Notes: generated from the sequence alone by a model not told the origin. 19,171 bases of DNA from Candidatus Hydrogenedentota bacterium (GCA_029974275.1 JARKSN010000085.1:1-19171); one strand, 5' to 3'; counted from the stretch's first letter, positions 1-10,865 are shown. Numbers and translations are program-made.

Positions 1-2
1 AA

Positions 3-278
3 GCGCTCGTGATTGCCCTGGCGCGCGCCCATCGCTGGACGGACTTGTTGGAGATGGGCACGGTGGCGTCCCTTGGCGAACTGGCCGCGCATGTCGGCGT
101 GGACCCCGCGTACATCAGCCGGTCCCTGCGCCTGACGCTCCTCGCTCCGGACATCATCGAGCGCATCCTCGACGGCAAGGAACCCAGCGGCCTGTCGCTT
201 CGAGTTCTCCTTAACGACATGCCAGCCGTCTGGGAGGAGCAGCGCGTCAAGTTCGGTATGCCCACGGCAAAGAGATAA
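3..278 (+). CDS. 5'-truncated recombinase-associated hypothetical protein (HTH-like), or the C-terminal part of a serine-recombinase module
   Basis: The frame is open back to the window edge (A-L-V-I-ALARAHRW). The pattern ALARAHRW...LAAHVGVDPAYISRSLRLTLLAPDIIERILDG...P.W.EQ resembles small proteins and C-terminal domains I recognise from serine-recombinase/prophage modules. Family assigned by recognition, not by search. Confidence 0.6.
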   Translation, partial: ALVIALARAHRWTDLLEMGTVASLGELAAHVGVDPAYISRSLRLTLLAPDIIERILDGKEPSGLSLRVLLNDMPAVWEEQRVKFGMPTAKR

Positions 279-296
279 GTTTCACGCAGTAAATAC

Positions 297-341
297 AGCC
301 CTCCGAGTGGCTTTCGGTGCCCTCGGGGGGCTTGGTTTTTT
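297..341 (+). terminator. Probable intrinsic terminator
   Basis: Stem AGCCCTCCGAG...CTCGGGGGGCT (one G-U pair) followed by TGGTTTTTT, starting 19 nt after the stop at 278. Confidence 0.6.
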
Positions 342-635
342 CGGACTCATTACGGGGGTTTTTCGACGCTGAGACACGCGCTCGTTCGGGAACAACTCAT
401 TCGTGAACGAGACGCCGAAAAATCAAGTTGTGTCGCGGCAATGACTTGCGGATTCTGGACTCACTTGGGGGTAGTCATGGCAGTTCGGAGAGACAGAGAG
501 AAAACGGGGGAGAAACGGCCAAAATGTGCTCCGCGACGGCGGATCGAGTCCGAGGGGCAGTCAAGGTCGCGCTCGCGGCCACATGCGCAAGTTATTGCGG
601 AATAGGGGCTTGATTCGCGGGGTCTGGGAGAGAGG

Positions 636-661
636 TTTCCCGCCTCCGATGAGGCGAGAAA
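636..661 (-). terminator. Hairpin downstream of tmRNA (terminator or 3'-protection)
   Basis: TTTCTCGCCTC-ATCG-GAGGCGGGAAA on the minus strand, an 11-bp stem with one G-U pair, about 20 nt after the CCA. No U-tract follows. Confidence 0.35.
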
Positions 662-680
662 TTCAGAGGGAAGAAGAGAA

Positions 681-1038
681 TGGTGGAGGCGGGGGGAGTC
701 GAACCCCCGTCCGAAAGTGAATCCATGCAAGCTTCTACGTGCGTAGCCCGTCTTTTGGTTTGGCCACCGGAAGTCCCGTAAGGCTCGGTGCCTCCGGCCG
801 CAAGGCGCAAGTCATACCCGCTTCAGGACGCTGTGCCTCCCTCCTGGGCGGGGCCCGCTGTCGGCGCCTTATCCGTCTAGCAGGCGGTCAACGGTAAGAC
901 GTGTCGCCTAAAAGTTAGGCGGCAAGTGCCATTTCAGTGTTGGCATTTGTGTTTTTGATCGGCTTTTTACGAGGCCAACCGATCAACCTCGGCACGCAAC
1001 TTGTACTTCCTCACCTCCGTCGAAACCTTGGCGCCCCC
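681..1038 (-). ncRNA. ssrA: tmRNA (one-piece, 358 nt)
   Basis: 5' GGGGGCG pairs with 3' CGCCTCC-ACCA, including the G3-U alanine identity pair. T-arm GGGGG-TTCGACT-CCCCC; 5' GGTTTCGAC motif; internal tag reading frame present. Confidence 0.97.
915..944 (-). other. tmRNA proteolysis tag frame, ANTEMALAA-stop
   Basis: Minus strand reads ACACAAAT GCC AAC ACT GAA ATG GCA CTT GCC GCC TAA, with a typical resume context and an ALAA C-terminus. Confidence 0.9.
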
Positions 1039-1100
1039 ACTGGACGCGTCGTTAGCACGGTGCGGAACGGAGCAGCGAGACTCTCCCACCGTCCATTCGT

Positions 1101-1129
1101 ATTATCGCATATTGCGTGACGCGGCGCAA
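1101..1129 (-). promoter_or_regulatory. Putative sigma70 promoter of ssrA
   Basis: TTGCGC-17 bp-GATAAT with extended -10 TG (TGcGATAAT), about 60 nt upstream of the mature 5' end. Confidence 0.55.
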
Positions 1130-1187
1130 CTGGCCAAATCGATCGGCCCGCTCGGCGCGTTTGTGATCGATCACCCCCGTCGGCCAC

Positions 1188-1216
1188 TTGACAGGCCGAC
1201 GGAACTATGGTACACT
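1188..1216 (+). promoter_or_regulatory. sigma70 promoter of groEL
   Basis: TTGACA (1188-1193), 17-bp spacer, TACACT (1211-1216) with extended TG, directly before the CIRCE. Confidence 0.85.
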
Positions 1217-1224
1217 CGCGCGTG

Positions 1225-1251
1225 TTAGCACTCATTTAGGGCGAGTGCTAA
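1225..1251 (+). promoter_or_regulatory. CIRCE element (HrcA operator)
   Basis: Exact consensus TTAGCACTC-N9-GAGTGCTAA between the promoter and groEL. Confidence 0.97.
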
Positions 1252-1340
1252 CACGCGACAAGTCCAGCGGGGTCGGGCGGTTATGTCTTTTCCCGCTGCG
1301 GGAATTGGGTTTTAATGGATGACGAGGAGGTCGTGTTCCA

Positions 1341-3038
<1,698 letters not shown>

Positions 3039-3059
3039 TCGGTTACAGGACTAAAACTG

Positions 3060-3100
3060 AAAATGATCGGGATGTGTTTCGGCATCCCGATCATTTTTTT
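3060..3100 (+). terminator. Intrinsic terminator of groEL, probably bidirectional (also serving flgM)
   Basis: Perfect 12-bp stem ATGATCGGGATG / CATCCCGATCAT with an A-run on the left and a T-run on the right, between convergent genes. Confidence 0.9.
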
Positions 3101-3220
3101 AAGAGTAGCCCCGGGCATGTTCCCAAAAGAGATATGCGCCCTGCATGTTCCAAACGCACCGCGAAAAGCGCTGATTCGGCGCCATCTCCGCATGACTGTG
3201 CAAAAGAAGGAACCGATCCG

Positions 3221-3541
3221 CTAGGCTTTCGTGGTTATGTCCATCGGGATAAACCGCGAGACGCGCGATGCGACGATGCGCACAACGTCCTGCATTTTGT
3301 ACGTGCCCTGTTCGATGCTTTCCCGGGCTTTCGCGATCCGTTCTGCCTGCAACTTGGCCTGTTCTTCGGACGCCTCCAACATCTTGGCGATTTTGGAGGT
3401 TTGCTGCGCACGTGCGCTGATGACGACCCCATCGCTGTCGCGCAAGACGATGCTGGGGGACGTCTCTTTCTTGCCGGAGGCGCCGGCCGTCGTTGTGTTG
3501 GCAGGTTCCGGTATGCCTCCGATACCATATATGCCAACCAT
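3221..3541 (-). CDS. flgM: Anti-sigma-28 factor FlgM family protein
   Basis: 106 aa with a low-complexity N-half, D-GVVIS and ERIAKARESIEQGTYK motifs typical of FlgM. SD AAGGAG and a sigma-28 promoter upstream. Confidence 0.82.
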   Translation of the reverse strand: MVGIYGIGGIPEPANTTTAGASGKKETSPSIVLRDSDGVVISARAQQTSKIAKMLEASEEQAKLQAERIAKARESIEQGTYKMQDVVRIVASRVSRFIPMDITTKA

Positions 3542-3594
3542 AGTTCGCTCTCCTTAGCTGCATACGTTGTCCAGGCATCCATGCCTATCCGGTA

Positions 3595-3622
3595 TTATCG
3601 GCAGCCTCCGAGGAAAACTTTA
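3595..3622 (-). promoter_or_regulatory. sigma-28 (FliA/SigD) promoter
   Basis: Minus strand TAAAGTTT-N12-GCCGATAA, equivalent to TAAA-N16-GCCGATAA. Confidence 0.88.
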
Positions 3623-3777
3623 GCGTGGATCTTTCGCAAACACGCAACATTTCTCGCGGCGCGCGCATGCGTATCGAACAGGCGTGGGGGAGACATCACA
3701 AGACTGATCGTAGGCATAAAAAGCTAAACTGCGCTAGAGCATTTCGCACAGGGCATTGCAACGCGGGATGAGACGTC

Positions 3778-6624
3778 TCAACGATTCGGCGCCTCTGACT
3801 CCTGCAAGGAAGCGATTCTGGATTCGGCCTCGGCGGGATCATTGGCGAGAATGCCGTAACTTGCGTAGAGGCGCCTTGCCTCATCTTTTTTGTTCGCGCC
3901 GGCATATATGTCGCCCAGGGCAAGATACAGGGAAGGCTCGCCGGGAAGATAGCGCATGACATCCTTGAGGTAGGCCTCGCCCTCGTCGAACTGGGCCCAG
4001 CGAAGGAACAATTGTCCCTTCACGTTCGCGATTTCACGCAAGTAATAACGGGCAGTGGCATCATCGGAATCGATGTCGAGAGCCTTCATGAAAAGGGAAT
4101 CGGCGCCGCCGCCCATCATGCCGCCGTAATAGAAGACAAGCCCTTCCAGATCGATGGCGCGAGCCCGGTGGCGTTGATCGAGATCGGCGCGCAAGGCGTC
4201 CGCGGTTTCCTCGAAACCGGCGAATCGCAGGAGGCGCGTAGGACTTTCCAAAAAGGGGCGAAGCTCGCGCAAGCTGTCTTGCACGGTTTGTTCGTACATG
4301 AGGCGCGGCGCGGTGAATTCGGCCCAGGGCAGGTCGTCGGTGAGCAGATGGACCGGGCGGCCTGAAACGTAACGGTCGATATTCGCCCGCGTCATGAAAA
4401 AACACGCGAGGACCTCCGGGACATCGGGCAGCCCTGCCTGTTGGAGGGCGTGCGCAATCACGCCCTTGCCCAAGCGTTTTTCGACAAGACCGTACTCCAT
4501 CCCAAGCGGCTGATTCGATCCGATGAGAAAGAGATCGGCGTTGATGTACCAGGCGCAGTAGTCGGGAAACGCCTGTGCGAAGGTGTAGACCAACGCCCGG
4601 ACATTGTCCGGGTCGAGGCTGTGTAACGGCACCCATTGGGAGACCAGGCCGCCGGGATTCAGCCGGGATAGACAGAGACGATAGAACTCTCGCGTGTAAA
4701 ACGTGCTCACCCCTGCCAGCGCAAGCGGCATCGGTTCGAACGTGATGACATCGTAGAAATGTTGAGAGGTCAGGAGGTAATTGCGACCGTCATCGATGAT
4801 GAAGCGCAAACGTGGATTGCGCGCCACGTCGAGATTGTCCTTGCTGAACAACGGGGCCGCCTCCAAGACGTCGCGCGAAATCTCGACGGCGTCGATGCGG
4901 TCCACATCGAACTGCGCCAACATGCCCGCCGTCACGCCCGAACCGAAACACATGAACAGAACGCGCTTGGGATCGCGGTCGAAAAGAAACGGCAGCGCTC
5001 CCTGAAAACGATTCATTTTGACGCCCTTCTCGATCGACGCCGTCGCCTGAACCGAATTGATGTAGAGCACGCGGTCGGAACCTGCGGCGCCTTCTTCCGG
5101 TCCGGACACGACCACCGTGCCCTCAACCCCCTCGCGATAATGAATCACGACATTGTCCTCGGGAACGTAGCCTTTTGTCAGGGCACGGTCGACATTGTCC
5201 GGCAGGCGCGACATCGCGGCGGCAAACAGGACGATCCCCGCCAGCGCTGTGGCGGCCCTTGCGGTCAGGCGGCTGGCGGGGCATCCTGCCACCAAGGCCG
5301 CCCCGGCCAATCCAAGCAGACATGCCAACGCCACGATGCCGTCGTGCGTGCCAAACCGCGGAACAAGCAAAAAACCGCCCGCCAACGCGCCCAAAACGCC
5401 GCCGAGCGTGTTGGCGGCATACAACGATCCCACGCCCCGGCCGGCCCGCCCCCGGCTGGAGACATAGGCCCGCACCGCCAAGGGAAACGTCATGCCCGAG
5501 AAAAACGTGGGCGGAAAGAGAACCACGAAGGCCAACACGAACTTGGCCCGAACGATGTGCTCCCAATCGTGAGCGCCGCTCTTACGCAGGTATTGAAGCC
5601 ATTCGGGCAGATACGGGAAGAGAAACAACGTAGATAGACACGTGACGCCAAAGAGAAACTCCACGACCCCAAACGCCAACACGGGACGCTTGCAGCGCTC
5701 TACCCGCGCCGCCGCAACCGCGCCGCCGACGGCAATTCCGCACAGAAAAGTCGTCAACATGGTGGTAAAGGCATACGTCGTGCCGATGAACACATTTACC
5801 AGCAGGCGCGTCCACAACACCTCCAGCGCCAAGCCGCAAAAACCCGACACTCCGAATGCCGTCATCACCAAAGCCGCCGCCGGACGCCGCGACGGGGCCG
5901 CAACATGGCCGCCGGCGGCATCATCCGGCAAGACCTGCGCTGCCGCAAGCGTCGGGAAGGTCCGCGACATGATCCACGCCAGCAACCCTACGACAACATT
6001 GACCGCCGCGGCCAGCCATGTCGCCTTTGCATAGCCAAGCGCCGGCAACAAGAAAAATCCGGCGGCGGCGCATCCCGCAACCGCGCCCAAGGTGTTCACG
6101 GCGTACAACGCCCCGGTTTTGCGGGCGAGACCGCCCGGCGATGCCGCCGCAAACCGCGCCAACAGCGGCAGTGTCGCGCCCATCAACACGACGGGAATCA
6201 TCAGGAAAACGACCGCCAGCGCGGCCCGCAAGGCAATGCCCGCCGCATATCCTGCCGAAAAATGCCGCAACAACGCGACGACAATCCCTTCGCCCCAGCC
6301 GATGAACGCGATAAAGAACAGCGCCCACAGACCGATGGCGACCTCAAAAAAACCATACATCGCGAGCGGGCGCTTGGCGCGATCGGCCACCCGTCCACCA
6401 AAAAAACTGCCTACGCCCAACCCAAGAAAAAAGATGGAAAGAACCGTGCTAACGGCATAGGCCGTCGTGCCGAAAAGAAGCACGAGCTTTCGCGTCCATA
6501 CGACTTGATAGACCAAACCGCAAGCGCCCGACAAGAAGAAAAAGAAAAACGCCGCAATAACCATGCCCTGAAGCTGCATGCGGGCGGGATGTATCTGCTG
6601 CAAAAAAGAAAGCGGCCTGCGCAA
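3778..6624 (-). CDS. Fused MFS-like membrane domain / spermidine-synthase-like SAM-fold protein with a TPR-like C-terminus
   Basis: Duplicated hydrophobic halves (SGACGLVYQVVWTR / SGFCGLALEVLWTR; LYAVNTLG / LYAANTLG) followed by FGSGVT, VEIS, DDGRNYL, YDVITFEP. Start placed at TTG 6624 (AAGGAG 8 nt upstream); ATG 6579 or 6564 are alternatives. Confidence 0.85.
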   Translation of the reverse strand: MRRPLSFLQQIHPARMQLQGMVIAAFFFFFLSGACGLVYQVVWTRKLVLLFGTTAYAVSTVLSIFFLGLGVGSFFGGRVADRAKRPLAMYGFFEVAIGLWALFFIAFIGWGEGIVVALLRHFSAGYAAGIALRAALAVVFLMIPVVLMGATLPLLARFAAASPGGLARKTGALYAVNTLGAVAGCAAAGFFLLPALGYAKATWLAAAVNVVVGLLAWIMSRTFPTLAAAQVLPDDAAGGHVAAPSRRPAAALVMTAFGVSGFCGLALEVLWTRLLVNVFIGTTYAFTTMLTTFLCGIAVGGAVAAARVERCKRPVLAFGVVEFLFGVTCLSTLFLFPYLPEWLQYLRKSGAHDWEHIVRAKFVLAFVVLFPPTFFSGMTFPLAVRAYVSSRGRAGRGVGSLYAANTLGGVLGALAGGFLLVPRFGTHDGIVALACLLGLAGAALVAGCPASRLTARAATALAGIVLFAAAMSRLPDNVDRALTKGYVPEDNVVIHYREGVEGTVVVSGPEEGAAGSDRVLYINSVQATASIEKGVKMNRFQGALPFLFDRDPKRVLFMCFGSGVTAGMLAQFDVDRIDAVEISRDVLEAAPLFSKDNLDVARNPRLRFIIDDGRNYLLTSQHFYDVITFEPMPLALAGVSTFYTREFYRLCLSRLNPGGLVSQWVPLHSLDPDNVRALVYTFAQAFPDYCAWYINADLFLIGSNQPLGMEYGLVEKRLGKGVIAHALQQAGLPDVPEVLACFFMTRANIDRYVSGRPVHLLTDDLPWAEFTAPRLMYEQTVQDSLRELRPFLESPTRLLRFAGFEETADALRADLDQRHRARAIDLEGLVFYYGGMMGGGADSLFMKALDIDSDDATARYYLREIANVKGQLFLRWAQFDEGEAYLKDVMRYLPGEPSLYLALGDIYAGANKKDEARRLYASYGILANDPAEAESRIASLQESEAPNR

Positions 6625-6832
6625 CGACGATTCTCCTTGAAAATCTAGTCCAATTTGCTGGGCCCTGATACACGCGCCGGCAAGAAGCGAATGGAACTGC
6701 GTGCATCCCTTGTCCGCAATGCTACGGAAGCTTGCCGGCGCGATCAAGGAGGGAAAAAAGAATCGGCTGCATCAAGCAAACTACCACAAAATGGTTTTGC
6801 CTTACAGGGGGGCTTTCGCTCACAATGAAGCT

Positions 6833-7783
6833 ATGCGAATGCTTGTCATGGGAGCGGGCGCTATCGGCAGCGTCCTGGGCGGTTTAATGGCGGCCGCAGG
6901 CCATCGCGTGACGCTGGCGGGGCGCCCCGCGCATATAATGGCCATCCGCGATCGGGGTCTTCGCATCACCGGCATTTGGGGCGATCATGTCATAAAAGAA
7001 ATCCGCGCAGCAACGACCCTTGAAGGCATGAAACCCGGCGATTTCGACCTCATTGTCATCGCCGTCAAGTCCTATGACACCATTCAGGCCGTCCAAGCGG
7101 CGGCAGGCGTGGCAGATGACAATACGCTGGTCTGTTCTTACCAAAACGGACTCGGCAATGTGGAGGTCATCGCGGCGACCGTTGGCTGGGCGCGCACGGT
7201 AGGGGCGCGGGCCATATACGGCGTGTGGATGCCCGAGCCGGGTATCGTGGACGTAACCGTCATCGCCGCGCCGACGGCCCTGGGCGTGTATGCGCCCGAA
7301 GCGCCGGAAACGCGCGTGCGCCGCATTGCCGAGGCGATGAACGCGGCCGGAGTCCCCACGGTCTACAGCAGCGCGATCCGCACTGTGCAATGGGCCAAGG
7401 TCGCCTACAACTGCGCGCTCAACCCTCTGTCGGCTCTTCTGGACGTTCCCTACGGAAGACTTCTTGAGACCGGATATACGCGCTCCATCATGCGCGAGGT
7501 TGTGCAGGAGCTCTATGCCGTGGGGCGTGCCTTGGGGGTGCCGCTCGATCCCGCGACGCCGGAAGCCTATGAGCGGGCGCTGTTCGAGAAGCTCATTCCT
7601 CCCACGGCCGCGCACTACGCGAGCATGCGCGAGGATTTGCGCCGTGGACGACGGACGGAGATCGACGCCTTGAATGGAGCCATCGCCCGGCTTGGCGAAT
7701 CGTGCGGCGCGCCATGTCCGACCAACGCCCTGTTGACGCGTCTCGTGCATGCACGGGAGCATGCGCTGGGCGTTCCCGCGTAG
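6833..7783 (+). CDS. panE: 2-dehydropantoate 2-reductase (ketopantoate reductase family)
   Basis: GAGAIG Rossmann motif, VKSYDT, QNGLG, WAKVAYNCALNPL, SMREDL...TEIDALNG. Start trimmed to ATG 6833. Confidence 0.88.
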   Translation: MRMLVMGAGAIGSVLGGLMAAAGHRVTLAGRPAHIMAIRDRGLRITGIWGDHVIKEIRAATTLEGMKPGDFDLIVIAVKSYDTIQAVQAAAGVADDNTLVCSYQNGLGNVEVIAATVGWARTVGARAIYGVWMPEPGIVDVTVIAAPTALGVYAPEAPETRVRRIAEAMNAAGVPTVYSSAIRTVQWAKVAYNCALNPLSALLDVPYGRLLETGYTRSIMREVVQELYAVGRALGVPLDPATPEAYERALFEKLIPPTAAHYASMREDLRRGRRTEIDALNGAIARLGESCGAPCPTNALLTRLVHAREHALGVPA

Positions 7784-7816
7784 CCTCCTTCCCTGCAAAG
7801 GCGGAAAGGGTTCGGG

Positions 7817-9070
7817 TTATATCAGGCGATGGATAACGGCGCCTGTCGGAAGCTTGGGAAAGAAATACGTCGATTTTTGGGGCATGGGGTCGCTGGCTTC
7901 GGCGCATGCTTGAACTTGCGATGGATGCATGGGCGGCAAGATAAAGGCCAGATCCGCTTTGCCGTTCGCAACAGCCTCGATCGCCTTGACGGAATCGTGC
8001 TCGTATGCATGCTGGGCGCTTTCGGAAAAGCCCATGATGTTTTCCAGTATGCCCCGGTGCAACACCGCGACGTCCAGCGCGCGCCATGCTTCGCTGTGAT
8101 CGTCTCCCAGAAAACGGGCGCGATCGCCGGAACGAAGACGCAGGAGGCACTGGCGGCTGTCAGCCGCTGCCATGCCAATCCGGCACCCCTCTCCCGATTC
8201 GACGGCGTGAGCCAAGTCCCCTGCGACCGGATCCATCTCGAACCAGGGACTAAGTTTTCCCAACAAATCGTCGAGGCTGAGGGCGTCGGGCCGCCGCACG
8301 AGACGGTGCGGAGGACATATCAGCAATCCAGCGTCATCGAAGGGCACAAAGCCCATGAGCACGTAATCGTACGGGCGCAAATCGGTGGATTGTTCCCGTT
8401 CGCGCATGCGATCGCGGTAGTGGCCGGCGGTCTTGAAACGATGGTGTCCGTCGGCAATATACAGGCGTTTGTCGCCGAGAAACGCCGAAACGCGCGGGTC
8501 CGGAGACACCCGCCATATCCGTGAGGTTGCGCCGTCAATCGTATGCGCGACGGCGTCCGGATCGCGGGCGTCCATCTGCGCCAGAAACGGGGCCAATGCG
8601 CCATCGGGATCGGCATACAGCACGAATACCGGCCCCAAATTCGCCCGGGTCGCCGCGGTCAACCGCAACCGATCCTCGACCGGACCGGAGAAGGTCCGTT
8701 CATGCCCGAGCACAATGCTTTCACCGGATTCGGGAATTTTGACGACCGCGAAAAAACCTCGCCGAATCCGTTCCTCGCCGTCTTTGGAGCGAAACGCTTG
8801 CTCCAAAAGATAGAACGATTCTTCCGCATCTTGCTTGAGAACGCCGGAATCTATCCATTGTTCGAACGTGTGGGCGGCGACTTCGTAGCGGTCCTTGTCC
8901 CCGCTGTCTTGCGGCAGGATGACGTGCGTCATGTTGTAGGGGCTTTTCGCCGCCAACAAGGCGCGCTGTTCGGAATCGATCACGTCGTACGGAGGCGTGA
9001 CAAGGTCATCCCACGAACCGGCCACCTCCGGGTCGAATCGATAGCCTCGAAAGCCCTTGACTTGTGCCAT
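7817..9070 (-). CDS. DUF1015 family protein
   Basis: Motifs PPYDVI, HERT, YIADGHHR and MPQKSTYFFPKL. SD GGAGG. Confidence 0.9.
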   Translation of the reverse strand: MAQVKGFRGYRFDPEVAGSWDDLVTPPYDVIDSEQRALLAAKSPYNMTHVILPQDSGDKDRYEVAAHTFEQWIDSGVLKQDAEESFYLLEQAFRSKDGEERIRRGFFAVVKIPESGESIVLGHERTFSGPVEDRLRLTAATRANLGPVFVLYADPDGALAPFLAQMDARDPDAVAHTIDGATSRIWRVSPDPRVSAFLGDKRLYIADGHHRFKTAGHYRDRMREREQSTDLRPYDYVLMGFVPFDDAGLLICPPHRLVRRPDALSLDDLLGKLSPWFEMDPVAGDLAHAVESGEGCRIGMAAADSRQCLLRLRSGDRARFLGDDHSEAWRALDVAVLHRGILENIMGFSESAQHAYEHDSVKAIEAVANGKADLAFILPPMHPSQVQACAEASDPMPQKSTYFFPKLPTGAVIHRLI

Positions 9071-9218
9071 GGATATGTTGCCTCCCCCCTAAACAGAAAA
9101 ACGCTGAAGGGTTATGCGCCCGGACAAGAAAAACACGAAGGCGATTGTATCGGGCAGCGCAAATCGAGTCAAGGCGTCGAAGCCCCCCCAGGGCGATCCG
9201 ACGCGATCCGCCGGGAAA

Positions 9219-9950
<732 letters not shown>

Positions 9951-10327
9951 GGCCTTCCCGCCGGTTCGAGACACTATGGCTCCCCAACCCAACACCGGCG
10001 CCAGAAAGCGCTTGAGGATATCCGCCTCGATACGAGGAGATCAAATCGCCCCCGCCTCATTCACGCATCAGGCTCCGATCCTGTAAGCCAAGCCAGCCCT
10101 ATGGCTTACGCGCGGAGGAATGCGCTTCTCGCCAAGCGATCTGTTTAGAGCATTTTGCATGGAACTGTAGCCAGTCTTTCCCAGGAGACGTTTTGGAATG
10201 TTTTATGAACCTGCCTGCCTGTTGCAACGAATGCAGGAAAGCGATACAATCCTCGCTTGTATGGGTGCGGGTTCGCGCCGGATTGAGCAATGCCCGCCAA
10301 CCATGGGTTTGAGATTGGAGAAACCGC

Positions 10328-10780
10328 ATGAGCGCCTTTGGCATAGATGTCGACGAGGAAGCGGTGTGCCTTTTTCCCGAAGGCACAGGAAAACGGGACG
10401 CCTTGAATCAGATGGTGGACGCCATCGCAAAAACGGGATGCGTGACGGACGTAGAGGCGTTTCGCAAAGCCGTTCATGATCGCGAGGCCGTCATGAGCAC
10501 CGGCATCGGGGGCGGGGTAGCCATCCCTCACGTTCGGATCAATGAGGTTCAAAAACCGGTCATCGGCATCGGAATCTCTTCCGCCGGCATTGACTTCAAC
10601 ACGCTCGACGGTCTGCCTGTGCGCACCGTCATCTTGTTCGCGATGCCCAGCGGCTCCCAGCGCGAATATCTTTCGTTGCTTGCCGAAGTGATGCGAACGC
10701 TCAAGCCCGAAGACTTTCGCGAGCGTCTGGCGAAATGCGCCACTGCCGCAGAGGTGATAGCGACTATCGACGAGGGCTGA
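10328..10780 (+). CDS. Stand-alone PTS EIIA domain protein (fructose/mannitol/Ntr type)
   Basis: REAVMSTGIGGGVAIPH with the phospho-His, and GIDFNTLDG. SD GGAG. Confidence 0.9.
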   Translation: MSAFGIDVDEEAVCLFPEGTGKRDALNQMVDAIAKTGCVTDVEAFRKAVHDREAVMSTGIGGGVAIPHVRINEVQKPVIGIGISSAGIDFNTLDGLPVRTVILFAMPSGSQREYLSLLAEVMRTLKPEDFRERLAKCATAAEVIATIDEG

Positions 10781-10865
10781 CGCGACTTCTTCGCAACGGA
10801 ACTGATCAGGGCGCTCGTGTCGCGCCGCGACACGAGCGCCTGCCTGTTTACGTTGGCTGCATGGG

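Larger units (their letters stand above)
1..680. mobile_element. Probable end of a genomic island or prophage-like element integrated at the tmRNA 3' end
   Basis: A recombinase-associated ORF and a noncoding stretch with paired 28-bp inverted sites lie just downstream of the ssrA 3' end, a well-known integration hotspot. The other att copy and the integrase are not in the window. Confidence 0.5.

Noticed and set aside
681..712. Possible tRNA or tRNA fragment
   Set aside because: It is the T-arm and acceptor end of the tmRNA, which pairs with 1032-1038.
1052..1078. Second full CIRCE upstream of ssrA
   Set aside because: The left arm matches 7/9 but the right arm only 4/9, so it is not called as a feature.
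428..1235. Small ORFs overlapping the island end, tmRNA and promoters
   Set aside because: The region is explained by tmRNA and regulatory DNA, and the peptides have no recognisable features.
9951..10327. Cobalamin or other riboswitch upstream of the prepilin-type gene
   Set aside because: No B12-box or other recognisable core motif on either strand; only a short GTAAGCCA/TGGCTTAC inverted repeat.
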